Below, one piece after another: positions 43,685-58,465 of a stretch of DNA of 64,000 nt. The notes under the pieces were generated by a model that worked only from the letters and a program-made list of their open reading frames with translations, did no database searches and was not told where the DNA came from. Source of the stretch: Neovahlkampfia damariscottae (taxonomy: Eukaryota); contig JABLTG010000001.1 of the NCBI GenBank assembly GCA_016618085.1, positions 62,001 through 126,000 of the forward strand. The letters are read 5' to 3'. The position numbers and the translations under genes are program-made. Every line of letters begins with the position of its first letter. Within the stretch, counting starts at the first letter, position 1.

Positions 43685-46600
43685 TTATTTTGATGAATTT
43701 TGTTTTTTTGATTTCAATTCTCTTTGCCAAGGTGCGATTTGATCATCATTTTTTTCGAGAATATTTTTCTTCAATTCACTGAGCTCTACTTTGATTCTAG
43801 TTGCACCCCAAGCAGAAATTGTTTCATTTTTATGCTCCTTGGCTGTGTCATCTTCCAAATTATCTTCAAGTTTTTCAATTGCACTGATTTTAGTTCTTGG
43901 TGAAAGTAATGAAAACATTTTGATCAAATCTTTAGTTTTTGGAGATTGCAATGGAGAAGGAGATCTCGGTTCTTGATTTTCTTGAGTTTTTGTCAAATCA
44001 AGTTTTAATTGATTTCGAATTGCAGTTTTTTCTTCAATTTCTTGTTTTTTCAACATTTCTTCTTGCTCTTCTTGTTGCTTTTTTTTTATCAATTCTTCTT
44101 CCATTCTTATCTTTTCTTCATCTTCTTTCTTTTTTCTTTCTCTTTCTTTTTTCAATAATCTACTCTCTACTTCAGCAATCAATTCATTCAATTCCTTTTC
44201 TGCCTGTTCTTTTTTCAATCTTTCTTCTTCTCTTTTGATTTTTTCAATTTCTGCTTTTCTTTTCAATTCATCATATAACTTTGTTTTATCTTCATCTTTT
44301 TGTTTTTTTTCCAAATTGGTCATTCTTGGTGACATTTTGAATCTAACAGTTTCATTTGATAAATTTTTCGTTTTTGGAGAAGAAATTTGAGGTGAAGCCA
44401 TTTTCATGCTGATCACTTTTTTTTTTTCAACAACGTCTTTTTCTTTTCGATAGTAAACATATTCTATCAACAAATCATTGAGTCCTAAAATTTTATCTTT
44501 TTTATGATCAAAAATCTTGACAAGATGGAAAATATCATCAGGTTCAAGTTTCAATTTTAGTTGTCTTAAAACGTTTTCCATTGATTCAAATGTCAAATGA
44601 GCTTTATGAGATTCATGAGGTTCAAATCTATTGAATAACTTTTCCAAATCGGAAATGATCGCTTCAAAGTAATAAATTTTCTTCCATTGAGAATTTTCAT
44701 CTTCTTTAATTCTATTTTTAACAGCTGATTCAAAAAAATCAGCTAAAAGTAAATCTTGTTTATAAACTTTGAACATTGTTAATTCTTCATCAATAAAATG
44801 TTGAAATCTCAACATGCCATCTTCAATTGAATATTCCAACTCTTTTGGCAAATCAGCTGTCAAAGTTAATGATTGGTCCATTCCTTTTTGTCGATATTTT
44901 ATGATGATATTATCTTCATTTGATCTTTTAATTGATAATATTTGTGTGAAAGGAATTTCAAGATTCATTTGATGAACTTTAAAATACAAAACAGAATCTG
45001 TTGTGACTTTAATGAAATTGTGTGTTTTGATATTTTTCTTTTTATTCACTTGATGAGTGGAATCAACTATTAAACCTCTTGAATTGATTGAATGATCATA
45101 AATTGAATCAGCAATTATATCCCTAACTTGTTCATTTTCAAAGAGAATTCGAAAAGAAGTTACTTGAGATGATGACTTATAATCCATTTTATCAGTACCT
45201 CCATATGAAATTAATCGTAAATCGTCACTCTTTTTGAATTGAACATAAATTTCAGAAACAGAATCTCTACAACAAACAGCTTCAATATTTGAATAGAAAA
45301 TCTCAAAATAAACTCGGTTGTATTCAACATTAATGATTAAAATTGAGTTCAAAGTCATCTTTAAATTGAAGTTTTTCCATTGTTTTGATCCACTAAATTT
45401 CAATTTAACATTATAAGAAATAGTTTGAAATCTCTTTGAAATTGAAGGTATTCCAAGTTTACTGACATCAATTTCGTTCTTTAGATCTTCCCAATTCTCA
45501 AGAACTTTGATGATTGATTTTGAGTTCATTCTTGGTTTCACCAATGAAATCAATTCTTCCACTAATTTCATTCCATACGCATATGGTTGTACAAGCAACA
45601 ATTTTCGGCAATTTTTGATATGATGAGGTTTAAATAAATAGAGAACATCTTTGACAATCGAATGAAAAGAGTACTTATTTCGGGTGAATTTTTCAAATGA
45701 AGAATCAACCACTAAAACATAAGGCAATTCTATGTCTTCTTTGAGCATTTCATAAATAAACACAATTAATTTTTCAGGATCTGATATTAATGATTCATCT
45801 AATCTATTCAAAATCAAGTAATAAACAGGCATGTAATCAGTAGTCGATTTTCCTTTATAGAAGAATTTCATTTTTTCGAAATGTCGAAAATTGTTGCTTT
45901 CTTCTTGAACTATCAATTGTTCTAATGTCTTATTTGAATATTTTAATAAGACTTCTTTGTCAAGTGGTTCTAAAATGTCATCTTTAATGGTTGGTAATAA
46001 ATCTTGATTTGTTGTTCCATTTGAAGGAATATCTAAATTCATCAAGAACCATCCGTTCCTAGTTTGATAAAACATTGACCAAATCATTGTTTTTAATGTT
46101 GATTTTGATAATTGAATGGTTGTCAAGGTTGATTTTTTGTGTTTGACTTTCATTGTTGAATCCATCACTCTTAGATAAGACATATTCTTTGTGTAAATAC
46201 CTGCATGAAAAAAAAGGTTAAAATATAATGTTGAAACTTATACTAGTAGTGAAAATAATGAAAACTACTTCTGGTGAAAGTATTTCAAAATTCAAATCGA
46301 AAGAATTGTTTTCTAGAGCTATTCCATATTTGTTCAGTATTTCATCTGGTTTTACAACACCATTTGGATTATTAATATCAATAGTTTCTGTCAATTTTCC
46401 ATCTTGATCAAAAATCAAAGCTGTGGGTCTAATAGAAAAATTTCTTCCAACAAGGTTCCAATCAAGTTCAACAGACAATTCACTGATATTATGAGGTATT
46501 TCTACAGGTATATCTTTTGGTAATTTCAACTTTTTTACATGTGCCAGAGAATGCACTTTCAAAAAAATAAACACACTTTTTTTTTCAAACCGTCTACAGA

Positions 46601-47124
46601 GTTTTTAGAAATGAAATAAAACTTACTTCCAATATGCATTTTTTCATGAATAAATTTGACTAAAATATCAAGTTTTGGTCTTGAATAGTCATAAATAAAT
46701 TCTAAATCACTGTTTAAATTCATTTCACATCTTTCTTTGGTTCTATACATGAGTCCAACTAAATAAGTGGTTTTTCTGGAAAAAATAAGCTTTTTTATCA
46801 AATAAAATACTTTTTTAAAACAATTTCAAGTTCTTTGTCTTGAACAACAAGTTTACAATTTCCGTCTAAAAATCTTGAACAAACTAAAAACACGTAGTAG
46901 TGATAATTTTCTTCAGGTTGATTTTCCAAAGAAATATGTCTTCTTAAGATCCACTTTTTCTCCTCTAAACTCCATTTTTCAGTGAAAATGTTGTGTCCAG
47001 ATTCCTTTTCTAAAATGTTCAACAGGTAGTGTTGTGAATCAAAAACTAACACTTTTGAAGTGATTTTTTCATCACTTTCTAGTTTTACTTCAAAATCAAT
47101 GTTATCTGGTAAAAGTATTTTCAT
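43685..47124 (-). CDS. Multidomain protein: TerD-like, CRAL-TRIO (Sec14-like), PH-like, EF-hand-like, coiled coil; multi-exon
   Basis: PYVLVVDSS..KNCRKLLLVQP (CRAL-TRIO_2-like); VELDW..ALIFDQDGKL..LSPEVVFIIF (TerD-like); FDHKKDKILGLND (EF-hand-like). Confidence 0.6.
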
Positions 47125-47219
47125 TACACTTTTTGAGTTTTCCGTTACAATTTCTTAAACAAGAGAAGTATTTGATTGGTTGGATTTTTTGAAGGACAAA
47201 TGATAAAACAAGAGACATT

Positions 47220-49607
47220 TTATTCATGGGAAGATTTTAATAAACTATTCCGCAGAGAATTCATCAATGATTTATAAGAAACAGGTTTCAATAAGACATC
47301 ATCAATTTTGAATTCTGATACAAAGCTTGATAGTCGTGAGTTATTCAATTCACCAGTGCATAGAATAATTTTAATATCTTTTGCTTTATCTTCTGACTTT
47401 ATGGATTGAATCAATTTGAAACCATCCATTTTTGGCATATTCAAATCAGAGATTATTATGTCAATATTGTTTTCTAGGTGGAATGATTTTAAAGCTTCTT
47501 CACCATCAGACGCCACTATTACTCTTTTTGGACCCATTTTTTCAATAATTTTTTTGATGCATTTCTGTATTACGACATGATCTTCAACAATTAAAACAGT
47601 CGCCCCATCAAGTAGTTTTATCTCCCCTGAGAATTTCTTCTTTAGAGTTGGAGTCAATTCTATGATTAAATGTGATGGTAATAGTGGTTTAAATAATCTT
47701 AAACAGTCATTGTATTCGTTATTTTTCTTTGATGAATTCCCAATGACAACAACTTGATCAGGAGGAATTTTGGAGGGCAAATACTCCAGCAAATCATCAT
47801 CCACGAATATTTTACAATCAGAAAAATATTGGTAAGTATCATATATTTCGCGTTTTGATTTGGGAAAACACATGTTCTGTACATTCATTCCATATAGTAA
47901 TGTTTTCATTTGTTGTGCAATTTTTTCTTCTTTTGTCATTAAAATCACAGTTTTGAAATGTGATAAAGGAAGTGAATTGTACAAACTGTGTACTCCTTTT
48001 GTTGTATCGTATGGTATTTCAAACCAAAATGTTGAACCATTTCCGAATTCACTTTCTACACCATATTTTCCATTCATCAATTCAATCAATCCTTTGACAA
48101 TTGACAATCCAATACCCCATGAATTTGATCTTCCTGATTCACGAACTTGTTCAAACATTGTAAAAATTTTTCCCAAATTTTCTTTCTTTATTCCTATTCC
48201 TGTATCTTTCACAGAGAAATGAATCCAATGTTGAAATGATTTTTTAACTTTTTTCACTTGAAAATGTATCATTCCTGTGTCAGTGTATTTGATAGCATTA
48301 GACATCAAATTAGATATAATTTGAATTAATCTTTGACTATCTCCTTTGATGATTCGAGGAATTTGAAAGTCAATTGAGTAACTGAATCCTAAACTTTTTT
48401 TGAAGGCTTGAGGAATGTTAATTTTTAAAGCACTTTCAATTGATTCTAAAATTTCAAAATTCTTATTTTGAAGTTGAAAATTTCCACTTTCAATTTTTGA
48501 TGAATCCAAAATATCTCCAATAATATGATTTATCAATTGATTTGAACTTTGTGCTTCATTTAAAATACCAATTTGATCTTTTCTTGGTTCATTGGATAAC
48601 AAATTTTCAATCGAGAAAGTTAAAGCTTGTAAAGGATTTCTGACTTCATGTGAAATTGAAGCAATAAACTCTGTTTTAGATTTTAATGCAAATTTTTGTT
48701 TTTCATGTTGAATTTCTTTTTCTTTTAATTTTAATTCATGTGTTGAATCATTACATAAAATTGTCAATCCAACTAATTCTCCTTTTATCAAAATTGGTGA
48801 AACTGTAACCATGTACAAGTACTTTTGTTGATCTACGAACGCTTGAATTTTATAACTCTCGGTTGATTTAGTTTTGATCACAGAATCGAATGTTTCTTTT
48901 TGGAAAATTGATAAATTTTTGAATGAACAGCCGCGAAGATCATCTCCTTTATGTCCCAGAATATCTTTGTTTATTAATAGTATTTGAAGGTCTAAATCTG
49001 TTTTAATGATATGACTCTGTATTGATAGAACAATACTTTCAAATTCTCCAAGTTTTCTTTCCAAGTTCATGGCGTTTGCTGAATATAAAGTTTTGAAATA
49101 GGTCACAAGGACATGTTGAAAAAAAAATCCAAAAAATATTGACAAGCTATGGTGAAAACTTTTGTTCAAATGATAATAAGTTCCATAACAACAATACAGA
49201 ATATTCGCAAGTGAAAGGACATGCGGATAAATTGAAGCATCTACAAAATTAGGACCTATTTGCAGTAGATGTATATTGACATAAACCCAGAAAAAATCTG
49301 GATGAATTATTTTTATGGAGCTAAAGAAAAATTTTTTAAAAATTGTTTTTTTTTACACAGGATAACTTAAAAGTTTCAGTCCACAACGAAAAATAATCCA
49401 ACTCTCATTTTTTAATCCATATAAAGCTAGTATTCTTTGTGAAACAATTTCAAATGCCAGTAACAGCAGAGCTCGAGTTTGAAAACCTGTCATGACATAT
49501 GACAGAAGTGACAGAGCCACAAAGTATATTGAGATAAATGGTGTGAATTTTTCAATGTTTCTCACAAAACGGTTTCGAATTTTGTTTACGGTTTCTGTTC
49601 TTACCAT
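47220..49607 (-). CDS. Hybrid sensor histidine kinase 1 (TM, PAS-like, HisKA, HATPase, receiver)
   Basis: H-box SHEVRNPL, N-box NLMSNAIKYT, DTGIGI, receiver VED...SDLNMPKMDG...KP. Confidence 0.93.
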
Positions 49608-49778
49608 TTTTTAAGAATAACCAATTAGACCTAAAAAAATTATCCAAAAATGGTAATGTATAAAAATTAGTCCAAATTCGTCAAAGTTTTATTGCGAAAC
49701 TTTTGAGTATTTTAGGCTCTAAACATAATAATAATTGCTCAAATATTATTTTTCATTTTCTTGTGTTGACAATATCAA

Positions 49779-52132
49779 CTATGAAGCAAGGACTTGCCTG
49801 ATAGATGTGAATAAAGATCTAAAAGTGACAGGTTTAGATAATACATCCTGTAGTTTCCATTCAACAGCAAAATCTGAAAGCAATTGATTGTTCAATTCAC
49901 CAGTGCACAAAATGATTTTTGTGTCTTTTGATTTGTCAAAATCCTTAATAGATTTTATCATTTCAAAACCATCCATCACCGGCATATTCAAATCAGAAAT
50001 GATTAAGTCAATATTTTCTTCATTTTGATAAATTTTCAAGCCTTCTACTCCGTTGGAAGCAACAAAAAGTTTTGAAGGGTTCATTTTTTCAATGTATCTT
50101 TTAATACACTTTTGAATGATCACATGATCTTCTACAATCAATACGTTCATCCCAAAAAGTAATTCGTTACCATCTGGTGTATATGTTTTCTTCAAAATCG
50201 GTATCAACTCCAACATCAAATGTGAAGGTAATAATGGTTTGAATAACCTCAAACAATCATTGTATTCTTTAGAATTGTTTGAAGAGTTTCCAATAATTAC
50301 AACTTGTTCAGAGGATATTTTTGGAGGAAGGAGATGAACTAAATCATCATGCACAAAAATTTTGCATGTTGGAATTTCCTTCAAAATGTCAGAAATTTCT
50401 TGTGTTGATTTTGAAATGAAAACATTCTCCACTTTCATTTTTTGAAGTAATTGATGATTTTGGTTCAATATACATTCATCTTTAATGACAAAAATGATAG
50501 ATTTGAATTTCGATTCAAGAAGAGAATCAAAAAGACTAATTGTTTCAGTTGAGTTTTGAATTGGAATTTGAAACCAAAATAATGAACCAACACCGTATTC
50601 ACTCTCAACACCATATTTTCCATTCATTAAATCTATCAATCCTTTAACAATAGAAAGTCCAATTCCCCAAGAATTTGATCCTTCAATTTGTTCCACTTGT
50701 TCAAACATTGTGAATATTCTATTCAAATTTTCTTTTTTGATTCCAATTCCAGTGTCCTTCACAGAAAAATACACATCATTATCGATTCTTTTAGCTGTAA
50801 ATTCGATTTTTCCTTGGTTTGTATATTTTATGGCATTTGACATCAAATTGGAAAGAATTTGAATCAACCTTTGGTTGTCACCTTTAATGACTCTCGGAAT
50901 ATGAAAATCAATGGAATAATTAAAATCTAAATTCTTTTTGTATGCTTGAGGAATGTTAATTTTCAATGAACGTTCAATCGCTTCCAATAACTCAAAATTC
51001 TTATTTTGAAGTTGAAAATTTCCACTTTCAATTTTTGATGAATCTAAAATGTCTCCAATAATATGATTTATCAATTGATTTGAACTTTGTGCTTCATTTA
51101 AAATACCAATTTGATCTTTTCTTGGTTCATTGGATAACAAATTTTCAATCGAGAAAGTTAAAGCTTGTAAAGGATTTCTGACTTCATGTGAAATCGAAGC
51201 CATGAATTCTGTTTTAGATTTCAACGCTGAAATCTCTTTTTCATGTTGGATTTCTTTCTGTCTTGTTTCTAATTCATATGTTACATCGGTACATAAAATT
51301 GTCATTCCAATCATCTCCTCTTTTACCAAAATTGGTGAAGCATGAATAGCAAATAGATATTCATTGGCACCATGATATGTTCTTATTTTATAACTTTGCG
51401 TTTTTTTGGTTTTCAACAATTCATCCAATTTCTTCTGATTAAAAATGGGCAATTCCTTCAATGATCTAGCTTTTAAATCATCTTCAGAAAAACCAAGAAA
51501 TTCTTTGTTAATGTATGAAATAAAAAAATTCATATCTATTCTGATTATATGACTTTTCAATGAAGAAACAATACTCTCAAATTCTCCGAGTTTTCTTTCC
51601 AAAAGAGAAATTTTTGAATCGAATAATTTTTGATAATAAAACAAACAGATGAATAAAAATAACAATCCATACATGAAAGAAAAACAAAACATGATACTTT
51701 TGTTGTAATAAAAATAGTACCCGAATGAACAAATGAAAATATTGACAACAACAAAAATACAACCATACTTTGATGAATTCATAAAATTTGGAGGTACTTG
51801 AATAATGTGAATCAAAATGATGACCCAAAAAAAGTCCGGGTGAATAAACTCCATTGCTCTTTTTGAAAAATGAGTAAATCAAGTTTTTACTTTGGGTACA
51901 TAAGAATTTTTAAAATACATCTGACTGTAATATATGTTTCATTTTTGAATCCATAGGTAGCAAGTTTGGTTTGGAGGTACAATTCAAAAGTGAAAAAAAA
52001 AATTGATGAAATTTGAAATCCTGTTGTTCCAAATGACACCAAAAATATTGTGATGTAGGCAAGTGATTCAAACGATATGAATTTTTTTCTATTTCTGATT
52101 GTTATTTCTTTTAATTTCTCTGCTGTCTGCAT
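49779..52132 (-). CDS. Hybrid sensor histidine kinase 2
   Basis: Same motifs; short first exon plus a ~30-nt intron as in the paralogs. Confidence 0.93.
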
Positions 52133-52508
52133 TTTTTTAAGCAATTCGTTTATCCATTTTTAGAAATGTATTTTGCTTGTTAAAGAAATTTGAGAATGAA
52201 TCTTTTTTATCGATTATTTATGAAAAAACTCAATAAAAAATCAGTTCTATCAGAAAACTGATCATTTAAAGAATAATGACTCTGTTGACCAACTTTTAAG
52301 GATCTTAATTATTTTTTTCAAAACTGTTCCACTACCCCCAGATATTCGGATCTGGAGACAGAGAAGAAGTATCACAGATTCTCTCTAAAATAACAGGTTG
52401 ATTGCTTGTTTCTTTTGAGAATTGGCTGCCAATGAAAAAGAACATTTAAATTTTGATGAATATTTCATGAAGAAATTTATATTTTTGATTTTTTTAAATC
52501 ACACATTC

Positions 52509-54883
52509 TTATTCAGAAAATGTGTTTCTTATTGATGTTATCAATGATTTATAGGTAATAGGTTTTAACAAAATGTCATCCACATTCCACTCTTTGATAA
52601 AATCACCCAACTTCTGAATGTTCAATTCACCAGTTGTAACTACAAATTTTGAATCATACAATTTCTTTAATTTCCTGATTGATTTGATAAGTTCAAATCC
52701 ATTCATGACTGGCATATTGATATCAGTCAAAATCAAATCTATTCTATTTTCATTTTGATAATGATTCAATCCCTGTTCTCCATTTTCAGCTACTAAAATT
52801 TTCAGAGGATTCATTTTTTGAATCATCTTCTTTAGACATTTTTGAATGACAATATGATCTTCAACAATTAAAACAATTGCTCCTTCAAGTAAATTTTCTT
52901 CTCCAGAAAATTTCTTTTTCATGGTTGGTGTTAATTCTAGTATCAAATGTGAAGGTAAAATTGGTTTGAATATCCTCAAACAATCATTGTATTCACTGTT
53001 CTCTTTGGATGAATTTCCGATGATTCGTATTTTATCTTGTGGTATATTTGATGGAATTTGATAAATCAAATCATCATCAACAAAAATCTTACAATCTGAA
53101 TTATTTTCATATGTTTTTGATATTTTCTCTTTTGATTTGGTAATACAAACGTTTGTAGCGTTCATACCATCTAGAATTTTATTCATTTCACTTGATATTT
53201 CATTATCTTGGAGAACTAAAATCACTGATGAGAAATTTGAAATTGGAAGAGAATCGAAGAGGTTTTGTTGTTCATTCAATTTTTCATAAGGAATTTCAAA
53301 CCAAAATGTTGATCCAACACCATGTTCACTTTCAACACCGTAACGTCCTTGCATTAAATCAAGTAAACCCTTGACAATTGCCAACCCCATTCCCCAACCA
53401 TTGGAGTTATTTGACTCGTTAATTTGTTCAAACATTGTGAAGATTTTGGTGAAATTTTCTTGTTGAATACCGATTCCGGTATCTTTTATAGAGAAATGTA
53501 TCCAGTTTTTATCTATTTTTTCAATATTTCTAACAAATAATTCAATTTTTCCTTGTTGTGTATATTTAATTGAATTTGACATCAAATTGGAGAGTATTTG
53601 AATCAATCTTTGACTATCTCCTTTTATCATTCTTGGTATTTGATAATCAATTGAATATGTAAAATCTAATGATTTTTTGGTTGCTTGAGGAATGTTAATT
53701 TTTAAAGCACTTTCAATTGATTCTAAAATTTCAAAATTCTTATTTTGAAGTTGAAAATTTCCACTTTCAATTTTTGATGAATCTAAAATGTCTCCAATAA
53801 TATGATTTATCAATTGATTTGAACTTTGTGCTTCATTTAAAATACCAATTTGATCTTTTCTTGGTTCATTGGATAACAAATTTTCAATCGAGAAAGTTAA
53901 AGCTTGTAAAGGATTCCTGACTTCATGTGAAATTGAAGCCATGAATTCTGTTTTAGATTTTAATGCATATATCTGTTTTTCATGCTCAATTTTCTTTTGT
54001 TTGATCTCTAATTCATAAGTTGAATCAGTACATAAAATGGTCATCCCAACCATTTCACCATTCATCCAAATAGGAGACACGGCAACAAGAAATAAAAAAG
54101 TTTTTCCTTCATGAATCACTTGTATTTTATGTGTTTCTGTTTTTTTAGTTTTGATGAAATTGTGAAATTTCTCTTCATCAAAAATTGGCAAATTTTTGAA
54201 ATTTGATCCAATCAAGTTATCAACTGATTTTCCAAGAAATCCCTTGTTTATCAGTAATATATTGAAATTTAAATCAGTTTTGATGACATGACTTTTTATT
54301 GATAGCAAAACGCTTTGGTATTCAGACAATTGTTGTTCTAATAATGTTGTGTTTTCTGCATAAACATCCTTGAATGTCATCAGTATAAAATGTTGATAAA
54401 TGAAAGTCAAAGTAAGTGCAAGAGTGATAATGATGCTCTTTTGAAAATAAAAGTGATTTGCAAAGAAAAAAAAAATAACGTTCAGAAAGGAAAAAAGGTT
54501 TCCAAAAAATACATGATCCATAAAGTTAGGATTTATCTGAACCAAATGAACTTCAATAATAACCCAAAAAAAATCTTCATGAGCGTACAGAACATGCCTA
54601 AAAAAACAATTAAATTTTTTTGACAGTTTTACGTGACATATGACAAAAGTTTAAGAATACATCGAAATACAGTCCAATATACAGACCCTTGTAGACCTAA
54701 AACTGCCATTTTTCCTTGTGTAAAAAATTCAAAAATAAATAAGAAAAGTAGTGGTGGTTTGCATCCTGAAATATAGTATGAAATCAACGAAACAAAACAA
54801 AAATATTTGGTAATGAATGGTCTAAATCTTTCTGAATTTCTGAAAAACCTTGCTCTTTTTGTCTCATTAGAATCTGTTAACAT
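52509..54883 (-). CDS. Hybrid sensor histidine kinase 3
   Basis: Same motifs and exon structure. Confidence 0.93.
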
Positions 54884-54994
54884 GTTTGATTGGTGAAAAT
54901 TGTCCAATCGGAATTTTCTTTTCAAAAGACAAAAATTTATTCTTGCCTTTGGGGTACACAGATTTGGGTATAGAGATTTTCTGATGGTTTAATG

Positions 54995-57369
54995 TTAAAA
55001 TTTTTTCCTAAAGCAATTACGTATTGAAGTAATCAATGATTTATAAGTGATAGGTTTCAGCAAAGTATCATCAATCTTCCATTGTTTTACAAATTCACGA
55101 AGCATTTGATTATTCAATTCACCAGTTGCCACAATAATTTTGGTATTGGTTGATGCATTGAAACTCTTGATTGATTTAACCAGGTCAAACCCATTCATGA
55201 GAGGCATGTTGATATCTGTGATTATCAAATCAATTGAAATTTCTTGTTTATAAATTTTTAAAGCTTCTTCTCCATTGTCTGCCACAAAAACTTTCTTTGG
55301 TGACATTTTTTCGATAAATTTTTTTATGCATTTTTGAATCACTACGTGATCCTCGACAATCAAAACATTAGATCCTTCAAGTAAATTCCAATCTCCTGAA
55401 AATTTCTTTTTTAATGTTGGAGATAACTCAAGAATGAGATCTGATGATAAAATCGGTTTGAACAATCTCAAACAATCATTGTATTCACTGTGCTTCTTTG
55501 ATGAATTTCCAATAATTACAACTTGGTCATGAGGTATTTTAGCAGGGATTTGATAAATTAAATCATCATCAACAAATATTTTACAATCTGGAGTTTCTTT
55601 AAACACTGTTGATATTTTCTCTTTTGATTTCGTTACGCAAATATTCTTCGTATTCATACCATGAAGTAATTTAGTCAAATCATCAGAGATATCTTCATCT
55701 TGTAGAACTAAAACTATAGTTTTGAAATGTGATAATGGAAGTGAATCATAAATGGTCTTTGTTTCTTTTGTTATTTCGTAGGGTATTTCAAACCAAAATG
55801 TAGATCCGGAACCTACTTCACTTTCAACTCCATATTTACCATGCATTAATTCAATCAATCCTTTTACTATTGATAAACCTATACCCCATCCAGTTGAAGT
55901 ATTTGAGTCACTAACTTGTTCAAACATCGTGAATATTTTCATCAGATTTTCTTTTTTGATTCCAATTCCGGTATCTTTGATGGCAAAATATAACATATTT
56001 CTATCGGATTTATTTTTCACATGTAATTCAATTTTTCCTTGTTGTGTATATTTAATTGAATTTGACATCAAATTGGAGAGTATTTGAATCAATCTTTGAC
56101 TATCTCCTTTTATCATTCTTGGTATTTGATAATCAATTGAATATGTAAAATCTAATGATTTTTTGGTTGCTTGAGGAATGTTAATTTTTAAAGCACTTTC
56201 AATTGATTCTAAAATTTCAAAATTCTTATTTTGAAGTTGAAAATTTCCACTTTCAATTTTTGATGAATCTAAAATATCTCCAATAATATGATTTATCAAT
56301 TGATTTGAACTTTGTGCTTCATTTAAAATACCAATTTGATCTTTTCTTGGTTCATTGGATAACAAATTTTCAATCGAGAAAGTTAAAGCTTGTAAAGGAT
56401 TTCTGACTTCATGTGAAATTGAAGCAATAAACTCTGTTTTAGATTTTAATGCAAATATCTGTTTTTCATGCTCAATTTTTTTTTGCTTCAATTCCAGTTC
56501 GTGTGTGGCGTCGTTGCACAAAATGGTAATTCCAATCATTTCCTGTTGAATCCAGATTGGTGAAACAGTAACCATGTACAAATAATTTTGTGAATCATGA
56601 GATACTTGAATTTTATACACTTGAGTTTTCTTAGATCGATGTAATTCACTAAATTTTTCATTATGAAAAATTGGTAAATTTTTGAATGAGCTTCCAACCA
56701 AATACTTTTCATTTTTTCCAAGAAATTCTTTGTTTATCAATAAAATATCAAGATTTAAATCAGTTTTAAATACATGACTCTGTATTGATTCCAAAACACT
56801 TTCAAATTCACTGACTCTTTTTTCCAATTCCAAATTCTTTTTCAAAAGTACATTCTTGAAAATATGAAAGATATGATGTTGAAATAATGTATTCACTGCA
56901 ACAGTAAAAGTGAAAGCAAAGTCATTTTGGTAATAAAATTGATTTACAAAAATACAAAATATAACATTTGTGTAAGTGAAAAAATGTGCAAAAAAATCAG
57001 CATCATAAAAATTAGGACCCAATTGTAAAACATGTACTTCAACTAAAATCCAAAAAAAATGTTTGTGTGTATACTTTAGGTGTCTTTAAAAAAAGTTAAA
57101 ATTTAAAAATTGTTTTACATTGGATAAATCATCAATTTAATCAAACAACGTAATACAACCCAAAAATAAGAATATTCTACGCCCCATTTTGACAGTGTAT
57201 ATTGAGTAATGAGTTCAGTAAAGAATAAAAAAATCAACATCGGTTCAAAACCTGATATAACATATGAAACCAAAGAAACCAAAACAAAAGTGAATAATAT
57301 AACAGGTGTAGCTTTGATTTGTGTTGTCAAAAATTGCTCTCTTTTCCTCAAAATTTCTACTAGTTCCAT
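54995..57369 (-). CDS. Hybrid sensor histidine kinase 4
   Basis: Same motifs and exon structure. Confidence 0.93.
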
Positions 57370-57425
57370 TTGATTGGTTGACAGTGACACAATTTCTTCA
57401 ATTTGAAATTTTTTTCAATAAATTT

Positions 57426-58318
57426 TTATTCAAGTTGTTCATAAGATTCTCCTTTTATTTTTGATCTGATCATGTTGAAGAGTGTTTTGAATCCTTGTAT
57501 CATAAACATTATACCATCTTTAAATAAGAATGGTAATACTTTCCAGAATGGCCAGTTTGGAATGATGAATAAACCTTCCATTTTCCATTTAAATTTATTA
57601 ACCAATGCACCAATGATACAGTAAAGAATGAAACCAACAATAGTGAGAATAAGTCCTAAACCACCAAAACCTACAGGCCATAAAGGTGGATAGTAACCAC
57701 CAAAAGCACCAGTACCACCCATTCCAGGACATACTTGTTTGGCTGTTATTCTGAAGTTGATAATGAACATGTCGTTTTCAAATCTGTTACTATGGTATTC
57801 AAATCTTGGAGTGGAAACAGCTTCATCACAAAGCATATCAATTTCTGTTTTTGCAGGAATTCCACCAACTGTACCATCATGATAGGTAATTCTTGAACCT
57901 CCTTTTGGGTTCGATCTTTCTGTTGTAAAATTTTATTAACTTTTTTCTTTTTTTACCTAAAAGTTCAACGTCAAATCTATTGCTTCCTAATGGATAACAA
58001 TTTCCATGTGCTTGACTGATGGCAGGATAATTTTGTCCTGTAAGAATTTTTTAAAATTTAATTTTGTTTTTTTTTTTACCATCACATTGAGTAACTGCGT
58101 TACCACAAACGTTTATATGAAAATCATCAAATCCATCTGTTCCTGTGTATTCACCACCTGGCCTGAATCTGCATTTTTTTTGTTACTTTTTTTTTTTCTT
58201 ACAGTCCTGATAATTCTATTCTTCCATCATCTGTATCTACACCACAATTAGGAAATTGTGCAAATAAAGCAGTGAAACAAAATGTGAACAAAAGCAGTAT
58301 TGAAAGTCTCGTGTTCAT
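57426..58318 (-). CDS. MRH-domain type I membrane protein (CD-MPR/ATG27-like), paralog A, multi-exon
   Basis: Signal peptide, YINVCG, EIDMLCD, TM, IIPNWPFW, C-terminal YxxPhi motif YEQL. Confidence 0.8.
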
Positions 58319-58465
58319 TTCAATTGATTTTTGTTTGGAAGACTAAAAAAAATGTTATTGGTTAAGAAACAAATAGAATTGGAAACGAAAATTGTTGGTC
58401 AAAAAAACAATTGACCAACAATATTCATTTGCACATTCTAATTTAAAAAATATTCAAGTAAAAGT

